A DNA stretch of 63,927 nucleotides, counting the filler, from Octopus bimaculoides (lineage: Eukaryota): assembly GCF_001194135.2 (NCBI RefSeq). It is 5 parts of 5 records of this genome, joined end to end, with 100 filler letters (N's around TTAATTAATTAA, not from the genome) between each part and the next. Parts side by side here need not be neighbours in the genome. Positions count along the whole stretch, not along the records: positions 25,016 to 46,170 come from NC_068995.1; positions 46,271 to 48,983 come from NC_068996.1; positions 49,084 to 62,813 come from NC_069009.1; 2 more parts are not named here. One strand, 5' to 3'. The position numbers and the translations under genes were made by a program. This document shows positions 39,666-52,177 of the stretch, one piece after another; position 1 is the first letter of the stretch; each line of letters starts with the position of its first letter. The notes beneath the pieces were generated by a model that was given only the letters and a program-made list of their open reading frames with translations, ran no database searches and was not told the origin of the DNA.

Positions 39666-40375
39666 TTTGTGAGCATGTGGGAGAGAGAGAGAGAGAGTGA
39701 GAGAGAGATACAGTGTGGGAGGTTGCGGGGGAGGCTTTCTGCTTCTGAATTTGGCTTTTTCAATGTGTTTACTTATTCTTAAAAGTTTCAGAGAAATGTC
39801 AATGTTCCCTTTCTCTTGTTAAGATCCATTACACGCGGACAGGTACACACACACATACATACACACATACACACACACACGTACACATACACACACACAC
39901 GTACACATATACACACACAGGAACACTCATTCACGGACTCACATATACAGGAATATGGGAAAGTCAAGTAGATGTTTCATTTCTTATTCTTCAGATTTTT
40001 CCATACATAGTCGACTCTCATCCACCGAACGCTATAAAAGCTTCTCTAATTTACCAAATTCTTTCCTTGTTTTCCTGATGTCGCAATATCTACATCAGAA
40101 TTCTTTCAGAGATATTCAGTTAATCAAAACTTTCCAATTACGATCTTATCGCGTGTTGTGATATTCTAGACATATACTGCACACACAAACACATACGGGT
40201 AGGCACACAATACGCAGATCCTCTTACACATGCACACAAACACACACGCATGCGTTAGCCTTGTGTTCATATATGTATGCGTCTGTATAAAATATTTTCT
40301 GCTGGATTTCATGTTACTCTAGGTTATGTGGGTGTGTATATGTGTGTGCATGTGTGCATGTATGTATGTTTGTGT

Positions 40376-41487
40376 GCATGTCCGATTTTACCTTTTTTAA
40401 AGAATTGAATGAAATTTAATAGTATTTTAGAATGTCTAATGGAATTAAAAATTATTTTTATGCATTTGTGTACATTTAAACCAATTAAATATTATTTTAT
40501 AGAATAATAGAATAAAAATTTCTTTGATTAAAACCCTTTCTAACATGGAAGTATTCAAAGAGCATTTGAGGCACATAATGCTTTATGAGTACAAAAAAGG
40601 AAACTCTGCAGCCGAAGCGACTCGAAACATACACTCAGTTTGTGGGAGAGAATGCTTGAATGGAAGAACTTGCAGAAGATCGTTTTCAAAATTCAGAAGT
40701 GGAGATTTCAGCCTTAAATATGAAGATCAAACAGGATGTCCAGTTGAATTTGATGATAAGCTCTTTGAGGCATCATTTGAAGAAAATCCTGCATTATCAG
40801 TTGAAGAATTGGCAATAAAGCTTAGTTCAAACCGTACAATTGTTCATCGCCGTCTTCAACAACTTGGAAAGATTCCTAAATTTGGAAAATGTGTGCCTCA
40901 TGAATTGTCCGAAAGCAACCACAAATTCCGAGTTGAGATCTGATCTTCTCTCCATTCTCGTGAACTCATTTCACCCTTTTTTGGATAGACTTGTGACTGG
41001 TGATGAAAAATGGATCTTCTATCGAAATGTTAAACGTTGCAAACAGTGGCTTGGTAAAAAAGAAAAAGCTCAACCAAAACCGAGAAGGGAATTTGATGGA
41101 AAAACGGTTCTTCTCTGTATCTGGTGGGATTGGAAAGAAGTAATTCACTTTGAATTGTTACCACCTAATGCAACAATCAATGCTCAAGTCTACTGTCAGC
41201 AATTAGAGCGTTTGAACCCGCTTTACTGAATCGAAAAAGGAGTGATGTTTCATCAGGACAATGCGCAACCCCACACTGCAAAGATCACATCACAGAAGAT
41301 CGAAGAGCTTGGTTGGAAAAAAATTCCTCATCCACCTTATTCGCCTGACCTTGCTCCTTCTGACTACCATTTGTTTCGTAGTTTACAGAATCATTTCGGG
41401 GACACAACTTTCGGAAGCCAGGAGAAGGAGGTCGAAACTGACATTTCAGAGTTCTTTGCTTTGAAACCAAAAGAGTCGCCGGCGTGA
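40376..41487 (+). mobile_element. Near-complete but inactivated mariner (DD34D) transposase; ATG at 40545
   Basis: HLRHIMLYEYKKGNSAAEA HTH, CVPHEL (WVPHEL), LVTGDEKWIFY, FHQDNAQPH, HPPYSPDLAPSDYHLF. Premature stops and a frameshift are present; the 3' TIR is replaced by low-complexity sequence. Confidence 0.95.
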
Positions 41488-41489
41488 GC

Positions 41490-41619
41490 ACGATCCATAC
41501 CATCATCAGAGCCAACACCACAAATACCAACAACACCAGCACCAGCACCAGCACCAGCACCACCAACACCACCAACACCATCACCACCACCACTAACAAC
41601 AGCAACACACCCCATATCA

Positions 41620-41680
<61 letters not shown>

Positions 41681-42408
41681 TTAGCCCATCATCACCATAA
41701 TTGCCACCTCGATAAAATCTACTGCAGCCTCCACTATCACAATCAACACTAGCACAGCCATCGATGTCACCGCCATAACTACTATCAATCACCACTATTA
41801 CTACGGTCTCTACTATCATCACCACACTACCTCCTACATCCCCGACGCCACAACCACTGCTTACAACTACCAAATCCCACACGACCACGACGATGACTAC
41901 CACTACCGCCACCACCGCCACCATCATTACCAATGCTACCCCACCATCACTATCACCACTAGAATATCACCAGCACAACGACGACCACCATCACTACTAC
42001 CATCATCACGACAGCCACCCTAACGCTACCACGAACATCTCTACCACCACCACCACCACCACCACCACCGCTGTTACCCATTTCTAGTGTTGAACTTTGG
42101 TCAATTACGTTGACAATGCTTCAGGCAAGGATCAAATACGCGGAGCCACACAAGGTTTATTTTCGTGAGGGAAATCATGAAAATTTCGGAGAAATATCAC
42201 CGTGTAGTTGCTGCAGTATAACATAGCCTGAGGTGGTGGCGGTAGTAGTAGTAGTAGTAGTAGTATTGATGGTGATGGTGGTGGTGATGGTGGTGGTGGT
42301 GAAAACGGTAGTAGCGATGAGAGTGTTGGAGGTAGTACTGGTGGTGGTGGTGGTAATCGTGGCAGTAGTAGTAGTAGTAGTAGCAGCAGCAGTATTAGTA
42401 GTAGTAGC

Positions 42409-42490
<82 letters not shown>

Positions 42491-42554
42491 TTGGTGGTGG
42501 TGATGGTGGTGGTGGGGAAAACGGTAGTAGAGATGAGAGTGTTGGAGGTAGTAC
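41490..42554. repeat. Low-complexity (CAC/CTA/GGT/AGT) trinucleotide region
   Basis: Directly visible; includes a short internal duplicated unit (GAAAACGGTAGTAG.GATGAGAGTGTTGGAGGTAGTAC). Confidence 0.9.
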
Positions 42555-43274
42555 NNNNNNNNNNNNNNNNNNNNNNNNNNNNNNNNNNNNNNNNNNNNNN
42601 NNNNNNNNNNNNNNNNNNNNNNNNNNNNNNNNNNNNNNNNNNNNNNNNNNNNNNNNNNNNNNNNNNNNNNNNNNNNNNNNNNNNNNNNNNNNNNNNNNNN
42701 NNNNNNNNNNNNNNNNNNNNNNNNNNNNNNNNNNNNNNNNNNNNNNNNNNNNNNNNNNNNNNNNNNNNNNNNNNNNNNNNNNNNNNNNNNNNNNNNNNNN
42801 NNNNNNNNNNNNNNNNNNNNNNNNNNNNNNNNNNNNNNNNNNNNNNNNNNNNNNNNNNNNNNNNNNNNNNNNNNNNNNNNNNNNNNNNNNNNNNNNNNNN
42901 NNNNNNNNNNNNNNNNNNNNNNNNNNNNNNNNNNNNNNNNNNNNNNNNNNNNNNNNNNNNNNNNNNNNNNNNNNNNNNNNNNNNNNNNNNNNNNNNNNNN
43001 NNNNNNNNNNNNNNNNNNNNNNNNNNNNNNNNNNNNNNNNNNNNNNNNNNNNNNNNNNNNNNNNNNNNNNNNNNNNNNNNNNNNNNNNNNNNNNNNNNNN
43101 NNNNNNNNNNNNNNNNNNNNNNNNNNNNNNNNNNNNNNNNNNNNNNNNNNNNNNNNNNNNNNNNNNNNNNNNNNNNNNNNNNNNNNNNNNNNNNNNNNNN
43201 NNNNNNNNNNNNNNNNNNNNNNNNNNNNNNNNNNNNNNNNNNNNNNNNNNNNNNNNNNNNNNNNNNNNNNNNNN

Positions 43275-43296
43275 NTAACCCTAACCCTAACCCTAG
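43275..43296. repeat. Short (CCCTAA)n telomere-like run abutting a gap
   Basis: TAACCCTAACCCTAACCCTAG immediately after a 720-N gap. Confidence 0.7.
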
Positions 43297-43299
43297 TAA

Positions 43300-43492
43300 A
43301 GAACATGTGGCCGTTTCCCCGGTTTCTCTGGCGTGCATATTCCTCCCCTGGACAAAACTCCGGTCTTTTGTAGGATTAGTCATTGTATATGAGCTGAATA
43401 GACTGGAGCAACGTGAAATGAAGTGTTTTGCCCAAGGACACATCACATCGCCCGGTCCAGAAATCGAAACAACAATCTTAACCCATTACCTA
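43300..43492 (-). mobile_element. tRNA-SINE fragment
   Basis: rc contains TTTCGATTTCTGGACCGGGCG..GTGTCCTTGGGCAAAACACTTCATTTCACGTTGCTCCAGTC, related to the 20952 SINE core. Confidence 0.75.
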
Positions 43493-43705
43493 CCAGTGAT
43501 CTCATATGAGATCACTTAAAAATTACAAACTTCGTAATTATCTGTCAATATTTACACATATCTAACCTTTTTGCTATATCTACTAAGTATATTTCTCTGA
43601 TATTCAAATGAGGTTTGCCAATTTTTCCATTATCCATTCCTAAATTTTAGGCCATGAGCCTTTACTAGAAATAAATATTATTATTATTATTATTATTATT
43701 ATTAT

Positions 43706-44400
43706 GTTATTGTCTTTGCACAGCTTCTAACGCTGGAGTAGTACTACGGTGTCAGCTGTTCACGACCAGTGAACTAAGGTAACACCCATTATTTTTCGAG
43801 CACCAACAGGAGTATTCGAGCGGTTCCAAGCAGTGCTATATTCTGAAAGTGCTCCACCCTTATTGCAGCCCCTATTTGTTCCATGTACTTCTCAAGATTT
43901 TTACTCAATGTTCCCAGGGCTCCGACAATTATTGATACTACTACCACATTTTTCATCGACCACAGCTGCTTAACCTCCTAAGCTCACCTGTCAAATCTAT
44001 TGACTTTTCATTCTTCCTTATCGCATACCACGTTGTAAGCTGGGCATGCTAGATCTATGATCCAACATCGTTTTCTTTCTTTCTCAATTAACACTACGTC
44101 TCGTTTTCTATTGTCTATTTCTTTGTCACACTGAATCATAAAATCCCATAGGATTTTTGCATTATCGTTTTCGATGATGCCTTCGGGTTTATTATGTTCG
44201 TACCACTTTTTTGCTCCGTCAAGTCCATACTTGTTGCAAAATGTCCAATGCACAATCCTTGTTTTTTTGTCATGGCGTCTCTTATATTATTTTTGGGCTA
44301 GTAACGTACATTGACTATTAATATGCCGAACGGTTTCACCATTTTGTACAGAAATTCTGCACTTAACACATTCTGATGTGTTATCTATTCGGTATTTGAT
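43706..44400 (-). mobile_element. 5'-truncated R4/Dong-like non-LTR retrotransposon embedded in (AAT)n
   Basis: KCRI..NGETVRHINSQC..LAQK..RRHD; KILWDFMIQCDKEIDNRKRDVVLIEK..WIIDLACP; IIVGALGTLSKNLEKY..IALLGTARIL. TAA repeats on both sides. Confidence 0.92.
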
Positions 44401-44449
44401 GATAATGGTACTAATAATAATAATAATATCATCATCATCATCTTCCTCT

Positions 44450-44526
<77 letters not shown>

Positions 44527-44528
<2 letters not shown>

Positions 44529-45385
44529 GCCGATGAACTGGCAGAATCGTTAGCATACTTGTTCTGAGTTGAAATTCCACCGAGGTTGACTTTGCCTTTC
44601 ATATTTTCGGGAACGATAGAATAAGTACAAGTTGAATACTGATGTCGATGTAACTGACTTACTGCTTCCCCTGAAATTGCTGGCTTTGTGCCAAAATTCG
44701 AAACCATTATTAAGGTGGCGAGAATGGCAGAAAAGTTACGATGCCAGGCAAAATGCTTAGCGGCATTTCTTCCGTCTTATGTTCTGAGTTCAAATTCCGC
44801 TTACGTTGAATTGCCCTTTCAACCTTTCTGGATCGATTGAATAGGCAATCGATTTGCTACCTTCTCCGAGATTGCNNNNNNNNNNCTGACTTACTGCTTC
44901 CCCTGAAATTGCTGGCTTTGTGCCAAAATTCGAAACCATTATTAAGGTGGCGAGAATGGCAGAAAAGTTACGATGCCAGGCAAAATGCTTAGCGGCATTT
45001 CTTCCGTCTTATGTTCTGAGTTCAAATTCTGCCTACGTTGAATTGCCCTTTCAACCTTTCTGGATCGATTGAATAGGCAATCGATTTGCTACCTTCTCCG
45101 AGATTGCCAGCCTTCTGCTAAACTTTATAATCAATAATTCTTTCTACTAGAAGCAGAAGGCCTCAAATTTGGGGGAAGTGATTAAGTCGACTTACATCGA
45201 CCCCAGTGCGTAACTGGTACTTATTTAATCGACCCCCAAAAGGATGAAAGGCAAAGTCGACTGCGGAGGAATTTGAACACCGCCGATGTCGACTTTGCCT
45301 TACATCCATTCTGGGTCGATTAAATAAGCAATCGACTTATTTCCCTCCCCGAAATTGCCGGCCTTGTGCCAAACTATGTAATCAA
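44527..45385 (+). mobile_element. Tandem cluster of family B SINE pieces (part duplicated across a 10-N gap)
   Basis: Repeated GAGTTCAAATTC..GACTTTGCCT..GTCGAT..AATAAG cores. Confidence 0.85.
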
Positions 45386-48009
45386 TAATACAACCGGTTC
45401 GTTACACAGCCATTAATAATTAATTGCTAAAATTTTAATGTTGTTAGACATAATAAGCAAGCGGAGGCACAGTATCTTATATTACGCTTGCTTAAGTTAA
45501 TGTTTTAATCTATAACCCAGGATTCTCCGGACCTGACCATCGCGACATTTGTTCTTCACTGATTCTATTCAATTTAAATGTTGTTGTTGGCACTCCGTCG
45601 CTTACGACGACGAGGGTTCCGATCAACGNNNNNNNNNNCCTCCACCCAATTCAAATAGAATATTACTAAATAATAGGGAACTTCGGCTACTATTTCTGTA
45701 ACAGAGACCAAACCACATTGTGCTCTGACTTAACCATTTATTAATCTTTAGGGAAGAGAGGGGAAAGATGCTATCACTGCTACTACTACTGACTGTATGC
45801 TGTTGTTGTTGGTGATGATGATGAAGACGATGATCATGCTGATGTCACTGTTTTGGTCTTGATTGAATTGCTGTTCTGGTTGTTGCTGCTGTTGGTGCTA
45901 TTTTTGTCGACGTCACCGTTATTGATGTTGTTATTGTTGTTGTTGTAGTTGTTCAATCTGTTGTTGTTTTTGTTATTGTTGCTGTCGTCGTCGTCGTCGT
46001 CGCTCTTGGTCTACGCGGTTTCATTTTTTAACTGATCACGCTGTAAAACTTTTTCTGCCAACAATCAAGCGAAACAGCAGACACAAAATAGGGTTTCCGT
46101 CCTGCGGACATTCTTGCACGGTGGGCGCGGGACTCACTCATCGCACACACACACACACACACACACAAACNNNNNNNNNNNNNNNNNNNNNNNNNNNNNN
46201 NNNNNNNNNNNNNNTTAATTAATTAANNNNNNNNNNNNNNNNNNNNNNNNNNNNNNNNNNNNNNNNNNNNTATATATATATATATATATTTATACATATA
46301 TAATAAACATACGCACATACATAATGCAATTACCAATAGAATGGAATGTCATGCGTAGATATGTCACGATTAGTTAAGAATAGAAAACAGTTAATGTTAC
46401 CTGCTGCTTGTTGTTTTTTATAAACTAACAGATTAACCTAATTTACTATAGTTTATCTGTACCAACGATAATAAGTTTCTGTTTTACAGTATCGTAAACG
46501 TGTGTTGTTCACAACGAGCAAGTTCATGATTATAACCAATTTGCAGCCTCAACGGGTGGGTGAAGCATAATTTCGCTTCCTTTACGTTCAATTATCCGTC
46601 ATTAGAAATACAAAAAACATAACGTTGTCTTCATATTCTCCCGCCTATATAAACCTATAACCGTTTCATTTGCACAAGATGTATTAATTCTTTAAAAGAT
46701 TCTTATTGGTAACGAGTCTTTATCATTTATCTTCTCATCTTATACCTATAATTTGTTTCGGTCGATAGATTACAGCTATCCTTGAAGAATTTTTAGTCAA
46801 ATGAATCGACCCCAGTAAGCATTTTTCGTTTAAATCTTAAAATGATTTAAATTTAACTTGGTTCTATTTTTGTTATTTTTTAACTAATTTCTCGCCACCA
46901 GTATTAAGTTTTCTTGTCTTTTTCATTCCAATAAATTCTCGTTCTACTTCTTACCGCATTATAGTGTTTAAATCAGAGGTTCTTATCTGAAGCCCATATG
47001 GTCTCTTGTGAATCCATATAAGATTTTACTATTAACCCATAAAGCGCTGGGATTTTCACTTACATAGCATGGACTACTGAGCACATTTTATGAAAAATGA
47101 GACTATTATTCACACATAAAAAACAAAAAATAGTTAAAATATCTTCTTAGTATATAATGGTGGTAAATTTTACATCATCTGAAAAGTCATTAGTTGAGCT
47201 ATTAGTCCTCTTGCATTCCGGGGGAGGGGGGTATCAGAGCGTTTGAGTGACATTAGAACCCCAAAACGCCCGTAAATTAAATGCATCTATCTGGACCACG
47301 ATCGTGGCCTGTCGAGCTGTGGCTGACAGCCACGTTCGTGGCCCGTCGCGCTTTATATGTTAAAATTTATCTACCATAAATTGGTTATACTTCTACAATA
47401 CACAAAACATTTTAATAATTTTTTTAATCACGCCATCTGGTGGGGGAAATGCATGATGTTAAGTGGCTTCTGTCCGGTTAAGTTGCTCAAGGTTTGGTTT
47501 GATGTCCAGATGGTGAAAAAAAAAAAAAAAGAAACTATCCAGTCTTTTCCAGAGACGGTTCTAGGAAACAGTTCCAGGAAACGGTTCCTGAAAGGTTTGG
47601 TAGAATTGGGTACTGCTAACATTGTTTCGGTGTTGTACAACCACTTTGCAGTCGTGCCTTGCCACAGCAAATATCTGACCAAATAAGAGCTTATATTCTG
47701 TCGCTTTTGTCAGACAGATCATATTTCCGACCCCCATTGTCGCAGGGGTCGGAAATATTAAAGGATATCCCGTTTGAAACAGGGCAATGGGAGACTGTGT
47801 CAACATATGCAGACGGTGTTATTGCAATAGTGTAGAATACAACAGGAATCGATATAGTCAGAAAAGCCTGCTTTATGTCTTTGAAAGGTGAACGTGAGTA
47901 TTGAACCCGCAATAACAATGCAACTGTGAACTGTGAACTAAGAGTAAGAACGAAGAGAAGACACTGACTTTCGGTGTATCAGGATAATCCAGAGTGTGTT
48001 CTCATTCTT

Positions 48010-48768
48010 TCGGTCTCGATAAAGTAAAGTACCACCAGTAAAGTACAGGGATCGATGTAATCGACTTATCCGTTCCCCTAAAATTTCTCGGCGCGTCGGA
48101 AAAATGTTAAGCATTATTTCTTTTAGCTCTTTACATACTGAGTTCAAATCTCGTCGAGGTCGACTTTGCTTTTCATCATTCCGGGGTCTATAAATATGAG
48201 GTACCAGTAAAGTAGAGGGGTCAATGTAATCGGCTGACCCTCTCCACTTATAAAATGACTGGCTTTGAACCAAAAAATGAAACAGTTGTTGTTTGCGTTG
48301 TTGTTATGCGATGGATTGTTGTAATTTGTTTTCCAGCATCTAGAGCCAATTGGGCCCAGTTATTGTTATTGGTTTCAAACTTGGCGCAAATTTCGGTGGG
48401 AGGAATTACTGGTACTTGTTTTATCGACTCCGAAAAGATGAGAGGTAAAGTCGACCTGGGTGGAATTTGAACACAGGACGTAAAGATGGACAAAATGCCA
48501 CTGAGTATTTTACACGGTGTGCTAACGAGTCTGCCAGCTTGCTGCCTTTAGTATTGGTTTCAAATTTTGGCACGAGGCCAACAATTTCTTGGGGAGGGAT
48601 TAAGTTCATTACATCGACGCCAGTGATCAAATGGCACTGATTTCATCAACTACGAAAGCATGAAAGGGAAAATCGACCTCGGCTGAATTTGAACTCAGAA
48701 TGTAAAGATGGACGAAATGTCGCTAAACATTTTGCCAGGCGTGGTGATAATTCTGCTAGCTCGCCCGC
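48010..48768. mobile_element. Cluster of family B SINE copies in both orientations
   Basis: Same cores seen forward (48110-48290) and reverse (48010-48090, 48350-48768). Confidence 0.8.
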
Positions 48769-48804
<36 letters not shown>

Positions 48805-48805
<1 letters not shown>

Positions 48806-48983
48806 CAAACAAAAGCTATAAAACAAATGAAATCCAAACTAAAACTAGAACAGCAACGGACCATGATAAAACGATGGCAAGAAAAGCCCCTACATGGTAA
48901 ATACTGGGCTAAACTAAATGCGAAAGAAATAGACAGAGAAAAATCCCAGCAATGGCTGAGAAGCTCAGGACTCAAAGCAGAGA
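48805..48983 (+). mobile_element. R4/Dong-like fragment preceded by (AAT)n, cut by a gap
   Basis: KRWQEKPLHGKY..IDREKSQQWLRSSGLKAE, matching the W..KxLHGxY..S..WL....LK.ETEG motif. Confidence 0.85.
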
Positions 48984-49158
48984 NNNNNNNNNNNNNNNNN
49001 NNNNNNNNNNNNNNNNNNNNNNNNNNNTTAATTAATTAANNNNNNNNNNNNNNNNNNNNNNNNNNNNNNNNNNNNNNNNNNNNCTCCAGCTGGCTTATCG
49101 ACACACGACTGTGTCCTGTTTGCCAAGGGAGTTATCCCTCTCACCACGGCCAGCAGCA

Positions 49159-49203
49159 CGAACGTATCCGGATTTCAGGGTTATTTCCCTTCGTCGGCGT
49201 TCG
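49159..49203 (-). ncRNA. Type I hammerhead ribozyme motif (U4C substitution in this copy)
   Basis: rc: CGAACG-CCGACGA-AGGG-AAATAA-CCCT-GAAA-TCCGGA-TA-CGTTCG; 6-bp stem I, 4-bp stem II, palindromic TCCGGA helix III. Confidence 0.7.
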
Positions 49204-49419
49204 ACAGCCGATGACCTTGGTGAGAGAGAAAAACCTGGCAAATCTTATATCTTCTTTTCCAGTGGCATTCTTCACTGATATTGAAAAGGTGAAAACAAGC
49301 AATGAGATGTCCTCCTGGGGCTAAAAGCAACAGTAACATCCACCCCTAGGGGTCAGCCACACTTAAGTGGCAATATACTACACTATATATATATAGTTGT
49401 AATTTTAAGAAAAGCAAAA

Positions 49420-49535
49420 GACAAAGACAGGTGTATGAACAACAAGAAGGTGTATTAGTTTGATGCTTGGGAAATTGAGAAAGTTTTTTGTGTTTCGAGT
49501 CTATGCTCTTCAACAGAAAGGAATAAGAGAAAAAT
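49420..49535 (-). mobile_element. Decayed copy of the 8.6 kb / 62.6 kb hammerhead-bearing repeat
   Basis: rc TTCCTTTCTGTTGAAGAGCATAGACTCGAAACACAAAAAACTTTC. Confidence 0.75.
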
Positions 49536-49811
49536 CATAAATAATAAAGAATATGGAGACTTGTACATACACAAGATTTATTTTGTATTTATATACAGCA
49601 TATTATAATAACCTACATGTTTTTCTGTTGCAGTGACAACTCCCGGTTGCAAATGCAATGTTGCATTATTGTAAGAGCAGCCTCTTCATCAAGTTAGCCA
49701 TTGACTGGAACTTAACTGAGAGCTAATATGGTATCTGGCTGGATAACATATCCCTCCAAACTCATACACACAAACACACACACACACACACATATACACA
49801 TATGTATATGA

Positions 49812-50215
49812 TAGGCTTCTTTCAGTTTCTGCCTACCAAATCCACTTACAAGGATTTGGTCAGCCTGAGACTATAACAGAAGATACTTGTTCAAGCGGTC
49901 ATGCAGTGGGACTCAGCCCAAATCCACATAGTTGGGAAGCAAGCTTCTTACCACACAGCCATGTCTGCACATTTCCTAATAATATTCTTTTACTCTTTTA
50001 CTTGTTTCAGTCATTTGACTGTGGTCATGCTGGAGCCCTGCCTTAGAGGGTTTTGGTTGGAGAAAGTGACCCCAGGCCTTATTCGTTTTGAGCCTAGTAC
50101 TTATTCTATTGGAACCTTTTGCCAAACTGCTAAGTTATGGAGATGTAAATGTACCAACATCAGTTGTCAAGTGATGGTGGGGGTACAAACGCAGACACAA
50201 AGACACACACACACA
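49812..50215 (-). mobile_element. Two partial family A SINEs (a head at 49812-49965 and a tail at 49985-50215)
   Basis: Homology to 55017-55438. Confidence 0.85.
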
Positions 50216-51550
50216 CACATAAGGAAAAATAAGAAAATTGAGATAAAATTGATAATTGATAAATATCAATCATTATCTATTGATTACAAAAAAGACAATA
50301 TCTCATCTAACAGCTGTTTCTGTTCGCACTATTTTGTGTATAATCAAGTTTAATTTCCATAATGCTGGATAGGGGCCCATACTGGGTACTGTCAGCTGGA
50401 GCCAGCAAAGCCCGGAACTCATGTCAGGAAGGGTCGTCACTCCCTGAAGTAGTGAAGAAAATCACAACCCACTACCTCACATATAGGTAATACACCAGTA
50501 GTTCATTGGATATAAATAGCCCTTAGATGGTTTTTATAACCATTAATTGAACTCATCTTTATATATATATATATATATATNNNNNNNNNNNNNNNNNNNN
50601 NNNNNNNNNNNNNNNNNNNNNNNNNNNNNNNNNNNNNNNNNNNNNNNNNNNNNNNNNNNNNNNNNNNNNNNNNNNNNNNNNNNNNNNNNNNNNNNNNNNN
50701 NNNNNNNNNNNNNNNNNNNNNNNNNNNNNNNNNNNNNNNNNNNNNNNNNNNNNNNNNNNNNNNNNNNNNNNNNNNNNNNNNNNNNNNNNNNNNNNNNNNN
50801 NNNNNNNNNNNNNNNNNNNNNNNNNNNNNNNNNNNNNNNNNNNNNNNNNNNNNNNNNNNNNNNNNNNNNNNNNNNNNNNNNNNNNNNNNNNNNNNNNNNN
50901 NNNNNNNNNNNNNNNNNNNNNNNNNNNNNNNNNNNNNNNNNNNNNNNNNNNNNNNNNNNNNNNNNNNNNNNNNNNNNNNNNNNNNNNNNNNNNNNNNNNN
51001 NNNNNNNNNNNNNNNNNNNNNNNNNNNNNNNNNNNNNNNNNNNNNNNNNNNNNNNNNNNNNNNNNNNNNNNNNNNNNNNNNNNNNNNNNNNNNNNNNNNN
51101 NNNNNNNNNNNNNNNNNNNNNNNNNNNNNNNNNNNNNNNNNNNNNNNNNNNNNNNNNNNNNNNNNNNNNNNNNNNNNNNNNNNNNNNNNNNNNNNNNNNN
51201 NNNNNNNNNNNNNNNNNNNNNNNNNNNNNNNNNNNNNNNNNNNNNNNNNNNNNNNNNNNNNNNNNNNNNNNNNNNNNNNNNNNNNNNNNNNNNNNNNNNN
51301 NNNNNNNNNNNNNNNNNNNNNNNNNNNNNNNNNNNNNNNNNNNNNNNNNNNNNNNNNNNNNNNNNNNNNNNNNNNNNNNNNNNNNNNNNNNNNNNNNNNN
51401 NNNNNNNNNNNNNNNNNNNNNNNNNNNNNNNNNNNNNNNNNNNNNNNNNNNNNNNNNNNNNNNNNNNNNNNNNNNNNNNNNNNNNNNNNNNNNNNNNNNN
51501 NNNNNNNNNNNNNNNNNNNNNNNNNNNNNNNNNNNNNNNNNNNNNNNNNN

Positions 51551-52177
51551 CTCTCTTTCCCCCTCTCGCTTTCCCCCTCTCTCTTTCCCCCTCTCTCTTT
51601 CCCCCTCTCTCTTCCCCCTCTTGGTCAGTCCTTTGTATCTAGATGTTAAGGCTATCCAATATCATCTCTCCCTCTTTCTCTCTCCTCTTCTCCTTTCTCT
51701 CTCCTCTTCTCCTTTCTCTCTCCTCTTCTCCTTTCTCTCTCCTCTTCTCCTTTCTCTCTCCTCTTCTCCTTTCTCTCTCCTCTTCTCCTTTCTCTCTCCT
51801 CTTCTCCTTTCTCTCTCCTCTTCTCCTTTCTCTCTCCTCTTCTCCTTTCTCTCTCCTCTTCTCCTTTCTCTCTCCTCTTCTCCTTTCTCTCTCCTCTTCT
51901 CCTTTCTCTCTCTCTCTTTCCCCCTCTCTCCCCTCTCTCTTTCTCTCCCTCCCTCTCTCCCTCCCTACTTTCTCTCCCTTTCTCCCCTTTCTCTCTTTCT
52001 ACTCTCCCTCCCTGTCTCCTTCTCTCCCTCTCTCCTTCTCTCTCTTCTTCTCTCACTCCTTCTCTCCCTCTCTCTTGCCTCTCTCCTTCTTTCCCTCCCT
52101 TTCCTTCTTGCCCTCCCTCGCCCTTCCCTTCTCTCTTCCCTCTTACCCTACTCTCTCACCCTCCCCACTCCCTCTAG
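51551..52177. repeat. CT-rich low-complexity tract with a ~19-bp tandem unit (TTCTCCTTTCTCTCTCCTC)
   Basis: Directly visible; source of the S/L-rich and R/E-rich ORFs. Confidence 0.92.
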
